DNA of 64,000 bases from Podarcis filfolensis (taxonomy: Eukaryota), in the NCBI GenBank assembly GCA_964270895.1, contig OZ185435.1. One strand, 5' to 3'. Under the pieces are notes generated by a model. That model did no database searches. It had not been told where the DNA came from and worked only from the letters and a program-made list of their open reading frames with translations. Shown here one piece after another: positions 1-13,638 of the stretch (the first letter of the stretch is position 1; every line of letters starts with the position of its first letter). Position numbers and translations under genes: made by a program.

Positions 1-661
1 GTAGGCAGTCTGGAAATAAGAAGGAATCTGTATATGCACAGTAACCTTTCCCTTCCTACAAATCCATCACTGCTCTCCTCTTACCTCTTTTGCTTTAAAA
101 AAAAAATTCAAATGACTAACAGGGCATCACTTAGATCATGGGTAGTAAAATGAGATAGCTTAAAGTAGCTTGACCCTGCTATGATTTTAGTACCCACACC
201 CTGACACATTTTGAAGTGGAGGCTTAAAGTATGCATTGATATGAAAGAAGTACGTGATAGGTGTAATAGAGAAAGGATCTTAATGACTACTACTTTTAAA
301 AATACTCTAAACATACTAATAGGAGAAGTATTGCCTATAGATTTCATGGAATTTCTATTGTTCTAATGACAGATGATGGCACACTGGTAAATTTATACGC
401 AAAACACTTCACTAGATCCACTCCTAAGATTTCAGAGCCAGCACAGAAATGAAAAAGACGCTGTCGTTTTCATAGCATCTGCTTGTATTCTAATCTTATT
501 CTGTCGAGCAGAAAAGGTGCACCTGTAATTATTATGTGGCAAATTTAATCCGGTGTAAGGAAGCACCAGTGGTGAGCACAAGCGTCATCCATCGGTGTGC
601 GGTACATTTCTAAAGCCAAGCTGCCATTCCATTAACGCATCTCCTAAACCAACACACTGAC

Positions 662-776
662 CTTTGACTTGTTGCTCAGGTCCCCTCGTATGGCTCACTC
701 CCCCTGGCATGCTGACGTTGTTTCGGTGAATGTACTTGAGAAACACTTCTGCATTCCTTCGTGCTAGTGTGCAGGC
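662..776 (-). CDS. KALRN: KALRN coding exon ACTLARRNAEVFLKYIHRNNVSMPGGVSHTRGPEQQVK, 115 nt, phase 0-1
   Basis: Acceptor ctgcccacag|GCCTGC and donor AAAG|gtcagt; the gene continues beyond position 1. Confidence 0.95.
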
Positions 777-2594
777 CTGTGGGCAGTAAACAACACCCCC
801 CACCCCCAAGCACAACAGTTACCCTTTTGACAAGTGAATCAGAAGAATAAAACACAGAGGAACCACTGAACTGTGACATGAGCTTCTTTTCTCATTTGAC
901 CTCTGAAGGATGTTGACGTGCATGAGAAAACACTGAGAAACTCAGACTGCAGTCACACACATCCATCATCTTGGGAATGGGTATGATATGAGAGAAAATG
1001 CTATGTGGAAAAAATTGGCTGATTCCAGTAGAAAAGCAAAAGCATAACACTGCTAGTGGGAGATTGTACATCTTGATCTTTATTCCAGAAGGTGACAGTT
1101 GATTTATTCTGGAATGAAGTCTTTCAAAAACATACCATTACATTATCTGTATGCAGCTTTGAAAAGCAAAGGTGTTAAGAATTATTTAACATTTATATAC
1201 AAGCTATGGCTTGCTGAGGTGAGGATCTAGGGATGCATGGAAGAAAGGCCAGTCACTTCTTGCCATTGTATTCCTGCAACAGCATATACAACGGTCAGGA
1301 ACTTGTCCTTACCTTTGCCATATCCTAGTCAGAACAATTGTTAATATACCACAGTACCATGTATCCCAGAGACAGCCAATGCGGTGTCTTCCAGATGATA
1401 GTGGACACTCCCAACAGCCCCAGCCAGCATGGCAGTGATCAGAGATGGTGTGAGTTCTAATTCAGCAACATCTGGAGGGTACCACATTGTCTGTTCCTCT
1501 GGTCATCCCTGCCCGGCATCAGTTTTCATAAGTCAAAAGGTAGTGATCTTTTCCAGCTCTGAATTCCTTTTAACTAGCAGTTCCTGGAATTGAATCATAC
1601 TACTGTCAACATGTAAATCATGTGCTTGACTACTGAGCTTTGAACTTTTCCTCCTACTGCAGCTACTCTGAGCCAGATAAATAAGATCTCGGAGAAAGGG
1701 AAACAATAAGGGCAGGAATAAAAGATGTACCTTGAGTTCTTTACCCTTTCAATGTGAACGCTGCTTAGAAGACCAAGAGCAGGAGAAAACAGTTTTTCCT
1801 GCCCTCGCTGGCAGTTTAATCACCCCAACTCTCACACACGTTCTTCAGAAATTATGCAACCAAACACACATCTACCCAGAAACAAAACCAACTACTGATA
1901 TCTGCTCAAAGCCACATTCTCTCATTCTTGGTTAGTAGGCCTCTACTCCTTTTTAATGCCAAAGAGCAATGAAACATTACGAACCCTTGTTTCTCCATCT
2001 GCTAATTGTACCTGGCCTTTTGAAACACTAAAGAGTTGGCTCAAATGAGGCACTGGAATCCAATGCACAAGGCACTGCCCACATGAGCAGGCTATTCATG
2101 TGAAGGATGTAACAGCACAGCAATTTAATATGAGCTCTTCTGTTCCCTTCCATGAATTGAAAAAAAAACCACAAGTTGTAATTCTTTCAGGCCATGAAAG
2201 GGAAGGAGCAAGCTGATGCAAGCTGATTGGTCCCACATTACACTGCCTGTGGAAGCAGCCACTTGTATGGGCAGAATATCCATTTTTTGTAGTGTTGGAA
2301 CTGACTGTCAAAATGAGGATGGGGGGTGGGGAGGAATTGGGAAATCTCTATTCTGGAGAAAGATTGTGCAAGTTGTCCAGTCATAAAACATTTAGAGAAA
2401 AGCTGCACTATGACTGCATGCAAAAACTGTGTTGTTCTTATGATTCCCATAAAATTATATTCAGGCATGTTCTATATGGAAATGACAGTGCACAGAACAT
2501 CATCTGCATGCTTTGCTGACAGGTTTCCACCACAGCTATTTTCAGTTACCAAAAATTAAAAACAACTACAGAAAAGAGGAAGGCTACAACAGAC

Positions 2595-2744
2595 CTTGAG
2601 AAATGCTTCTTTTTGTTCCAGATGTTTGCTGATTAAGGGGATGACATGGTCTATTTCAGATGCTGGTCCAAGCTTATCCCGACCTCCACACCAGTCTTCA
2701 TCTCTTCGATATTCCTGTTCCAAACTCTCTAGCACACTGCAAAC
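2595..2744 (-). CDS. KALRN: KALRN coding exon VCSVLESLEQ...EQKEAFLK, 150 nt, phase 0-0
   Basis: Acceptor atgcctcag|GTTTGC and donor AAG|gtctgt. Confidence 0.96.
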
Positions 2745-3679
2745 CTGAGGCATAAGGACACAGCACTTCAGCTATAAAAGCTACATCCAGAATCATAGAA
2801 AAACTACTACAAGTCCATTAACCTATAAAGCTAACAAAAGACAAGAAAAGGAGAGATTCACAGACAAATGTTATATGGGCTTCCTAACTCAGAACATATT
2901 AGTTTGGGAAATATTAATTGACCTTTTAAAGAGAAAATTCCAACCTAATTTGCAGGCCCTGTAGCTGATGAAGCCTATTTCCTAATGTGGATTTTTAATG
3001 ATGCAGAACTTTAGGATTCCAAGTTGTGCTAAAACTACAGAAGAAAAATAATATATTGATTTGTAGGTTTGAGACTCACCTGGTCTCATGAAATGGTCTC
3101 TTTGTCTGCCCAGCTGACAATGGGGCAACAAGTCAGCATTTGTCAGCTATGGTGCTGAGGTAGCCAGTTCTCTTATTTGTGAGTCAAGGGCATTGAATTT
3201 AGGAGTGATGCCTTGGAAATGGCTTGAGATGTATTTTAATTGTTTAGGTTATTGTGCTCAAACCATGCAGGAAAATCCTGGGTTGCAGGCAGTTAAGTTA
3301 TTCATACAGAAAATTCATGTATCGGTAATACAGTCTGAATTGATGTTGACGACACTCACTGTCAATGCACTTTCATATAGTACATTGAGCAACAATATGC
3401 ATCCATTGTGGAGAAGGCCGAGCCAAAAGCTTAAAATTTGTTTTGGCTCAAAACTTTGGAGTTTTGGAGAGGATCCCAAATCTTGGGATTTGTAGTTAAT
3501 GAATCTCAATCTGGGACTATGTAAGATTCAGACCGCATCAATGAATATGTGGGCAATATAAAGACGTAGCTAGCTCAGAGAATTGAAGTCACAGCTGCCC
3601 TAAATAAAATGTTATGACAATGAATACTGTGGGATTTTTTTTAATAGTTACAAGTATCACTGCACATCATTCGGCTCAC

Positions 3680-3898
3680 CTGCTCTGAGGTTTTATAAAA
3701 AGCGACAGATGCATTAACCAGCTTCAGCCTGTCTTCCATCTTCAACATTAGTTGCTGCCAGTGCAGTGCCACCTTTTCTGCGCATTCCCTTATGGCATCA
3801 GCATCGTAGTGCCCAGCCTGCAGCAATACCTCCGCCTTCTGCTGCACCTGGAGGGCACTCTGGTGCGTCTTCTGCAAGGAAGTGGCATGAAAGAGGGA
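3680..3898 (-). CDS. KALRN: KALRN coding exon [SLFHATSLQ]KTHQSALQ...FYKTSEQ, 219 nt (192 nt from the inner acceptor at 3871), phase 0-0
   Basis: Acceptors catacacag|TCCCTC (3898) and ccttgcag|AAGACG (3871); donor CAG|gtgagc. SLFHATSLQ is a kalirin insert that is absent from TRIO as I recall the two sequences. Confidence 0.95.
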
Positions 3899-6226
3899 CT
3901 GTGTATGAGGGGAGGAAAGAGAGATTTGTACAGATGTGCCAGACATATGGTAAAAAGAGGTGAAGTGAAGCATGAGAATGAAAATGTGAGAGAATGAAAC
4001 ATTTTTAGTGTTTTCCACAACCAACAGATTCTCTTCAGTAAATATTTTGCAGATTCATGCGGGCATATTTATTTTTATTCCTGATTTATTATCAATATTT
4101 ATACCCCATTCTTCTATGAAATATTCAAGGCAGCTTTTAAACAAAGGTAACACCGGCATTATTAATAATTTCCACTACACTTCTAATGCAATCACTGCTT
4201 TAAAATCTTTGTTATTTTCCCTCCTCACAACCCTGGAACGTACAACACTATTAGGACCATTTTAAGAAAGATAATTTAGGAAGTATGGCCACAATACAGA
4301 TTTTGTTCACCTTATTTGTTCGCAATAAATCAAGCCTTTTAAACCTCTAAACTTGAAAATTAGTTCAAGAGTTTCTTCTAACACCATGCTGAATTGCATA
4401 GTGCATAAAAAGCAGTAACCCCCCACTCCATATATACATACACATTCTGAAAATGCCCAGATAGCATTAGTTGGGGGGGGGGCCTGCCCAGACGATAATG
4501 AGAATGCTTGTTTTTAAAAAAGATGTCAAAGAATTTGCAATGGAAACCCCATCAACAGTTAGACCTTCCCTGCCTCACTGTATGCTTTTCTGGATGTTAG
4601 TTACATGCTGAGATTTTAAGGACCATCAATATTTAATCTGGTATTCCCATCTCTGAACAAAATTATTTTCTCCCATTGGCAGCGTGAGAACCTATGTCTC
4701 ACTGTGGGCCTCTTAGTTAAAACCAAGTACAAGCATCTCTGAAGTGTGGAAAGCTGTGCTAACAGGAAATGTGTATTCTGCTCCACAGAGGTGCCTGGTT
4801 AAGGCTGCCAAGATGCAGCTGAATGGTAACCTCCTCCACTGGATGATAAAAGGCTTCCCTTCCCTTTGGGGTTTGCCAATATGGCAGGATAATGTAAAGA
4901 CTTGTCAGATGCTCATTAAGAGATGATTAATACCACTACAGAAAAGTGACTTATTTATTCCTGTTATGGGAAGTTCCAAGAACATCAACAATGGTCATAT
5001 ACCAAGACAATGCTAATTTATTTCAGATTAATCAGAAGAGGGGGGAAATACAATTTCCTGGTTTGTATGTTTTTAATTTACGGTATTTTCACATATGACA
5101 ATAAAAGTCGTTTTGGACCCACCCCTGTTGAGCTATTCGTGTGCATATGTGACTGCTACTAATGTGAGAAAAAACAGACTTTAAAAAACCCACCCTGGAT
5201 GACTATTCTAGCCCATGAAGGCTTTAACTTGACATTGCATTTTGCAGATGGGAATAAAAAAAAGAACAACCACCACCACCATGGTGCCATGTTATTACAA
5301 CCACTAAAGTGAACAGTCACTTCTAGTACCTCTGACTCCATTCATAAGCAAATGCTGGAGTGGAAAACTCCAAACTTCTAAGTAACAAGGGTTACCTAAT
5401 GCAGAGAAATAGCTATCTCTTGGCCTTGCCTACATTACAAGGTTACTATGAGGATAAATGGAGGAGCATGGAGAACTATGTATGCTGCCTTGAATTCCTT
5501 AAAAGAAAGGCAGGATATAAACTTAATAAATGGCAATTGCTTCCAAGTCACTAATACAGCAGGGTACATACTGCTCTCCTGCTTCTGACTATCTGTCCCA
5601 GTCTTCAAGCCAAGGGTGAGGAACCTGTAGACCTTCAGTGTTGCTGAACTAAATAATGACACAATTTATGCTCACTGCATACTTCTTTGGCCCTCACATA
5701 TTCATTCCAGTCAGTGCCTATTTAACCTCTGAACTTTTGTTCTGCTGCAACAAATCAGACTGATGCTTTGACAGGCCTGTGTATGTGCGTAAATGCGTCC
5801 TTAACCTAATTCCTTTCCAACCAACAAAACAAGCCTGTAAGAGGATAAGAGGTTTCTATCAGTAGTATTGCCTATCAAAACCTAAAAACGCCCATTGCAG
5901 AGTTAGATAGAGGTGCTATTCAAGTTTTGTAAAGGCTTAAAAGAAATCCAATGCTCCAATCTTTAAGTTTACTTCCATGAGTATTTGCCTTTTGGGGGGT
6001 TAGTTTATATTTCTGCTGAACCATTTGCAAGGAACTACAAAGGTGGTATGGGAAATGAGTAGCTTCTTCATGTATTGTGATTTTTGTCAAGTAACAGGAA
6101 AGCTTAGCTACTGATAGTAAATTATCTGTCACAATTGTAGTCTCCTCCCACTGCTAAATTAGCATCTTGTTTTTGGTCCCTTGCACTTTCATCACCATTA
6201 AATTTCTGCCCAAGGATGTGGCCTCA

Positions 6227-6463
<237 letters not shown>

Positions 6464-9191
6464 TCAGATGTGTTCTTCTTCACCATTATGCTTCACACAG
6501 CATGTTCTAAGTTAGTTGAGTTGAAAGAGAGTCTGAAACCAAATCAGAAGATTGGAGTCCTAAGCACACCCAGTCCAAGGAGGACAATGGCCACAAGTCA
6601 TTTATTGACAAGCATGTATTTTCAGTAGCTCCTGTGGTGCACTCAACACACATACACACACACTTTAGACAACTCATTCATGTCTTCCTTCACTCAAAAT
6701 ATTATTTTTGCTTATGGAAACTCAATATTTGTGCATATGCAGCATATACAGTTTACCTATGAACAATTTTTCTCCCCTGAGATGGGCCAAATCTCACCAA
6801 AAGTACCTGCCCTGAGTTGGTTTTGGCATACTATTTTAATATTTTATTTAACATTTTAAAGAAATATTCCTGCTCTACTTTCTCTGCTATTCATGAAGTC
6901 TTAAACTGTTACTTTAAAATATGTAAGGTCTTATTTGGCTTTTAGAAAATATTAATATATGGATGAAGGAACCATGAGAATTGAAAATCAATAAACAGGT
7001 ATCTTTTATTTGCTTCTTTGATGCCAGCTGTTTAGCATTTTGGCACTACATCTTAAATGTACATCTTTGTACCTCTGAGGCCTAGAAACTTACTTTATGA
7101 TTTTAATTGAAAATGAGATTCTTCAGATTTTAATAAGAGCCCGTGGGTCACATAATAGCTTCAGGCACCACACGTGGCTCACTTGCCAGATGTCATCCAT
7201 TGCTTAATGGGTAAGAATGCAACTTAATTCTGAACGCAAGTTCCCATGCTGAATATTTACACTTCTAGATATATTTTCCCAGTACTTGCTAGAACAGTTA
7301 CTACAATAGTTGGAAACAGTGCTGCATTATTTTCAAAATGCTGAGTTTCTTTTTCTTTTTTTCTTTTGTCTATATATAAACAGATTCATCCATTTCACAA
7401 ATAGAAACAGCCTATCTTTATTTCATGATCAAAAGTGTTTATTAGCTACATGGCTTTAAAATCCAATGGCTTCTGTTCGATATTCTCACTAGCAGCCCTA
7501 CTGCAATCCCCTTCCCAGCTGAGACTCATGGAACTACGTCCCCCCCCCCCATATATCATGTATTGCTCTCATCAACACAATTTACCATCCTTAAAGAAAT
7601 CTGTTGTCATTAGAAATGAAAAGAAGTAACTAGTCCATATGTTTCAATTACATCTGTTTGCATGGAGGCGCTGACTGAAGATTCTGCAAGTGGGGTCTTC
7701 AAGAAATCCATCACCACCCCCACCCCGCCACCCAGTTTAATGCCAGATTTGATTTAACTGGTATCACATTCCACAAAAAGCAACAAACCCCCCCCCAAAG
7801 CTATTGGGGTACACTAGGCCTCACAACATTAACTTAAATTTCTCTGTAAAGAAAGCCCTGTAAAGAAAATAAGAGAGATGCATAGGTGAAAGACTAGGCT
7901 CACAGAAAAAACAAGGAGAAAACAAATCAGAAAACCACAAAAATGCCAGGTGAGTTACTGAACTCAAAGTAAATAACGGAAGGGGTCCAATGTATCCCAA
8001 TAGCTAATGTCTAATTTACCCCTACAAAAAGATACCTCAAGAAATTTCCACCTTCTCAAAAATATCTATGATAAATTAGAAACAACTCTTGAAATTTCAC
8101 ATTATGAAATCGTTTAAAACTTGTATGTAAAGATAAATCCACTTTGGGACAGACTTTAACCCTCAGGACAGAATCTGTTTTTGAGGTCCAACTCACCTGT
8201 GCAGCACTTTGTAGTGGTTTGCTTTATACATACAGGATGGAATGGAATTGGGGGTGGGGTATGTTTTCTTAAAAAATGAAAAGGTGGGGAGAGATATAAT
8301 ACCAGAGAACAACTGATTCCAAATTGTTGAGGAATACATGGAGTATGAAGTGATTCAAGTTAGCTAAAAAGTTTTATAAGTATTTTAAACAGCTTCTGAG
8401 TTCCACAGTAACTCCATTAGGTTGGGGTTTTCTTTGTTTTGTTTTTTTTTGGTGGGGGGCATGAATGTAGCTTCTCTCTGTCTCACCACCAGCACTGCTA
8501 TTGCAGTTTTGTTACTATGTGAGCCTACGGTTAAGCACAACTAATCAATACCAAGAATATGAAACTCTGTGTCTAATTGCCAGCTACTTGGTGATCAATA
8601 TCTTTTCTGCATCACCAGCTTCTAACTGTCTGGCTTGTTACTGACTTAAACAGACAAGAAGTGTAAATAACACAGTGAACAGGATTACAATATAAATTAT
8701 CCCAGATCACCTTCAGTCACCGAAATCAGGGCCAGCTCAATCTGAAGTTACTAAATGCAGTCTGGGATAAGTTTATAACCCACGGCTTACAGAATAAAGG
8801 CCACCAGTGCCAGATCATCTGCCTACAGTATTAATTGATTTGTTTACAGTGATAACCTTTTTTTAAAATGTCTTTTTACATAGACCTTAAACTGATCCCT
8901 ACAAGCAGATGGTCTGGATTAGTGAGAGTCTAGAATAAACATTTAATGAGGACTGTAGAATTGAATTAACTATTGGGAAACATACTGTGTAGAGAGACCC
9001 ACCCATGCAAGGTGAGGGTTAAAAAAAAGGAAGTGAGTTCAACAGTGATTTGAGTACCGGTAAGTGCAATCAGGAGAGATTTTAGTCGAAAACATGTAAC
9101 TGAGAGAGCATAATGTGGCTTCTCCTAATGATGGTCTGGTAGCCTCCCAAAAAGGACATTAGTTTCAGTCACCAGAATGTGATTTAAGGAA

Positions 9192-9237
9192 ACTCTTAAC
9201 TTTGGGGAGTTGATACTCTTAACTTTGGGGAGTTGAT
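9192..9237. repeat. Perfect 23-bp tandem duplication
   Basis: actcttaactttggggagttgat twice. Confidence 0.9.
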
Positions 9238-9412
9238 GCAAAAGAGGAACATGCATTCCTATTTTCTGTCGTATGTGGGCAAGCAATCCCATTCCCTTTT
9301 CTGTTGAAACTATTTTCACACTGACAGGATCTTACCAAATTTATGGAAAATGTATCTTAAAGAGCAAACAAAGCAAAATGAGAAGCCACCATCAGCACAT
9401 GCCATGCGCGCC

Positions 9413-9438
9413 CACACACACACACACACACACACACA
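9413..9438. repeat. (CA)n microsatellite
   Basis: About 13 CA units. Confidence 0.9.
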
Positions 9439-10739
9439 AGCACATTCTGGCCAGTTGCCAAAAGAATATTGTCATGATTAATTCCCCCCCCCCAAAAAAA
9501 AAAATCACCTGGCATGCATAAATGTAGGAAGCTGCCTCAGACCATTGGTCTATGTAGCTCAGTATTGTCTACAGTGAGTGGCAGCAGATTTCCAGGGGCT
9601 CCAAGAGGAGACTTTCCAAGTACTGCCTGCAGATGACAGATACCAAACCTGGAACTCTCTGCATGCAAAACATGAAGTCCACCATTGAGTTATAGTCCCT
9701 CACTGCAACTTTGTGCGATGCAGCCCCAACACTAATGCTAATGCTAATAATAATAATACTTTAAAAACACATTCTGAAAAGGTAGTTTTGAGCAATACGG
9801 TGTGTATTTAACCACCCACTATTATCCAAATCACATACTTTTTATAAAGCCAATGGGGAATTATTTGAGTCTTGTAACAGTGATGAAGCACTACACCCAA
9901 TTCTTTGTTCAAAATGTACACAGGTGTTTTTCCTTTCTTTTTTTAAAAGAAAGAAAACAACTTCAGAGCTGCAGTACACACCATTGTGCACAGTGTATAG
10001 CTGACCCCTAAAATGTAGACTAGCGATCAGCACAGCAGCCCATTTTATTTTAATTTTACACCTGCCTGTTCTAGCAGGTGCAACTGCAAAATTGGTTGGT
10101 GACCTTAGCAACATGGAGTGGTGTTGTGGGTCATTCTTCACTTTTACACATGTTGACAAAACCTCAAGTTGCCATTGCATGTGTGCATAATACATAAAAA
10201 TGACACTTCAACTCCCTGCTCTTTAAATAGTTGGTGCAGTTCTCAAGCCAATGATATTTAGATACAGTACATAAGATAACTGCAACATTCCTCCCCCTTC
10301 CTTATATACATTCCATTGTTTAAATGTAGAATACATAACACTTGGATTAGTCTTGATCTACCACATATTGATACCTGCCCTATACAGTTGGGATGTAAGC
10401 CTGATGCAACAAAACTGTGGGGAGTCATACACTATCATTTTTCACTTGCTAGATAAATTTGCACTTGCATCAGGAATTGTACATTTTACATAGCCTGAGA
10501 AGAAATGAGGTGTCATTTCATGAGAGCAAACTGAAACAGACGATGATCTACTGTGACAATTTGACTTTCTTCATACTGCAAACTGCTTTGGGCCAATGCA
10601 TTCATAGACAATAGGCCTTATATATTACAAATGATGGATTTTGAGATGTATGTCAAATGATATTTTGGCTGTATGGCTACCTTAACACAAAAGTGCCATT
10701 ATTTCACCCAGCCTAGTAAGAGAAATACCGTGGTGCATC

Positions 10740-10897
10740 TGCAACAGCAAAACCAGATGCCTTCATCTGCCCCAGCTGCAACAAAACATGTCTCTCCTGC
10801 ATCAATTTCTACAGCCACAGCAGGCACTGCAAGCTTCCAACACTTTGACTTCACCCTCAAAGGTACACTCCTCCCAAGACAGATGGATGTCAACAAC
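10740..10897 (+). mobile_element. RTE-clade LINE 3' remnant encoding a C-terminal Cys/His motif
   Basis: The frame at 10756-10848 reads DAFICPSCNKTCLSCINFYSHSRHCKLPTL*, resembling the CxxC...SRIGLxSH terminal motif, and is followed by a caacaac-type tail. Confidence 0.55.
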
Positions 10898-13091
10898 AGT
10901 AAGAGAACCACCTCCAGAGGATAAAAACTGAAGGCAAGAATGGTTTCATATGACTCAGGCCGTGACACTACATACATGTAGTCCCACTGAAGTCAGCAGG
11001 GTTAACTTCTCCCACGCATAGGATTGTGCTGTTAGTTGTGGGACAAATGCCACTAGTGGCCAGAATGAGAAATTTGTTCTGCTACACTAGAGCAACTCCT
11101 TTATGTTCTGATGAGCCTTTAAGCAAATAGGATAAAGGAATTTGCAGTTACTCATCCACATTTTCTAGAGACATTAATTACTCTTTACATCATCTTGGAA
11201 ACTTAATACATGTCCTCCTTTGCAAAGCTCTTCGTAAATGAAATTTGTCTGGAGGATTCAGGGATAATAGTGATTGTGCTGATCATCATCATCATAGGGT
11301 AGAGCATTTAAGCTACTACAATTAGGAAATGTTACAGTAATCTCCTAAAGGGTTTGCTGAAAAAACGAAGGAATAGGGATTAACCTCTTTCCTATAGCTT
11401 TGTATATCCATCTAGTACCTTTTCCCATTCTCTCTGGGAATCTCCCATGAAAATCCAGGCATTAGCTTAATTGCCATAAACACAGTAAGAATAGGGACAA
11501 TTGTGCAAAGACATTCCAGCATTAGGGCTGGCCAAGGAAATGAGGCACATCAACCCAAAACTCTCTCATCTATCTGCTGAGGCAGGGGTTGAATCTTCCC
11601 TCAAGGTTACAAATGTTGGTACAACTAAGGAGGCCAGGTTTAGCAGATTTAACCTTTAAATATGATATAAGTGTTGGAGACATTTCCATTCCATCATCCA
11701 GAGTTTGAAAATTTGGGCTCAGTGCTTCTAAGTACATGTGCCGCAGTGTACCTTTCCTTTGTTAAGGTGAAGTGAGGTGCTTGTCCTCCATTGGACAGAG
11801 TACCTAGAAAATGAGCTGTGTAACTCCCCCACCCTGGGTACTTTATTCATTCATTTACAGTATTTACATACTGCCTTCTAACAAATGACACTGGGTACTC
11901 CTTAATAAAAAGCCATGCACTTGCGGCTGGATATAGCTTTATGCAGGCTAACAGCATCCTCCAGGCTCTATAGTCTGATGTTGCTGTTATGCAACACCAG
12001 GTCAGTAAGTAATAAGACCTTACCCATCAATGGATGAGGGAACCAAACTAGCTTGCATCCCTGAGATCGAAAAGGGTGAACTGGATGGAGTGTGTCTCAT
12101 TTGCCTGCCTGTTTACCCTCCCTGCTGAAATATGAGAAGCTCCATCATTGTTGGCATTCTGCTGCCTTCTGAAAACAGACCTGTAGTTTTAACTGTTTTT
12201 AAGTGTTTTAATTTGTGTGTTATGCTTTTTAATTGCTTGTTTTGTTGTATACTTTAAGGATGATTTAATGTTATTGTGTATTTTAATTATGTATTAATTT
12301 AATAGAAGCCATTTTGGGATATAAGTGGCATACATTTAATAATAAGCATTAATAATACGGTGAAGCACCAATATAAACAAAAATGTTTATATTAGGAGAA
12401 AAATGCACAGATATGTTATCAATTTGCATTCAGACTTTTAAAGAAAATGCTAGCTGAACTTACAATTGGAAAAATAAGAACCTGAGAGAAACCAAAACTG
12501 ATTTGTTAACTCATCCTTAAATACACCGCAAATAATAAGTAACAAAGCAATGACTTCAAAAGCCCTTTTAGTATTAACCTCATAAATTTGGATCTTGGGA
12601 TGTGGCTGGAAATCAGCATTTATATGCATAAATAATATGTATCTGCATTACACAAAATGCTTGTTAGCTGGCACAGGCTCCTATGGTGTTAACATGCTTT
12701 TAACAAGAAACTATGTATATGGATTAATGCATTCCCCAGACACTTCTCTGATCACCACTTTCAATGAAGTAACAGATATGCCTATTATCTCTAAATGCAC
12801 AGACAAACTAACAAAGGCAGTAACCTTTAGGCAGACATTTCATCCAGATTGAAGATTTTATCAATTTTTGGAGACATTAAATATCTCCAGATTTAAGTGG
12901 CGCCTGAAGACCCATAGAAAAGCACTAAATAATTTTCTTTTTGATGAAAAAGCAGAATAATGCTGTGGAATGCTCAGAGTCAAGTCAGCTCCTGCAGACG
13001 GAACAATTTCAATACAAGCAAGTTTTCAAGAATCGTAATTGCTCTTGCTGCAATAACTGGTTTTAATTCTGACTTTCTCTGCACCAATATC

Positions 13092-13156
13092 AGGGCCAAA
13101 CTACACATGATACTTATGACACATGAAGGGCCAAACTACACATGATGCTTATGACA
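13092..13156. repeat. 35-bp-period tandem duplication
   Basis: agggccaaactacacatgat(a/g)cttatgaca twice. Confidence 0.88.
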
Positions 13157-13603
13157 TACTTTGCCCTTGAGTTCAAGCTTTTGCTTTCATAAATTGCCAG
13201 TGTGGGAGTCTGATCAAACCCTTTAACTCTTTGCTTCCCTCACTGCAATCTTAATCTGTATAAGCCCTGCCTGCCCTACACCAACAATTTATATGGGGGG
13301 ACGTTCTGACTGAGACAAATTGAAAACCCCAAAAAATGGGTATTGCAGATGTGGGACCCCTCATTCAGACTGAGACCATGGTGGACAGCAAAGGGATCTG
13401 ATATGCAAGGTCCTGATATGGATTTGGCCATCCATTATAGCACTTTGTGCAGGAAGAAGTTTACACTCTTGGGCAAACTATGTGATAAACATCACACATA
13501 GTTTGGTCCTCATTTCTACTGAAATAGCTACATATTAGAAGAATGCCTCCCTGGAACTTATGGTGGAAAATAATTTTAGACAAAAAACTTTATCAATATC
13601 AAT

Positions 13604-13638
<35 letters not shown>
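13604..13638. repeat. (ATC)n microsatellite
   Basis: About 11 units; it produces the spurious poly-His ORF. Confidence 0.9.

Noticed and set aside
3075-3085. Perfect donor CAG|gtgagt at 3080 (and another at 8197)
   Set aside because: No upstream acceptor with a good pyrimidine tract or a frame-preserving length; several consensus donors are expected by chance in 60 kb of intron.
3752-3997. Plus-strand ORFs overlapping KALRN exons (also 6216-6422, 21268-21498, 37568-37762 and 48045-48293)
   Set aside because: They are antisense shadows of coding exons, with no independent homology or splice structure.
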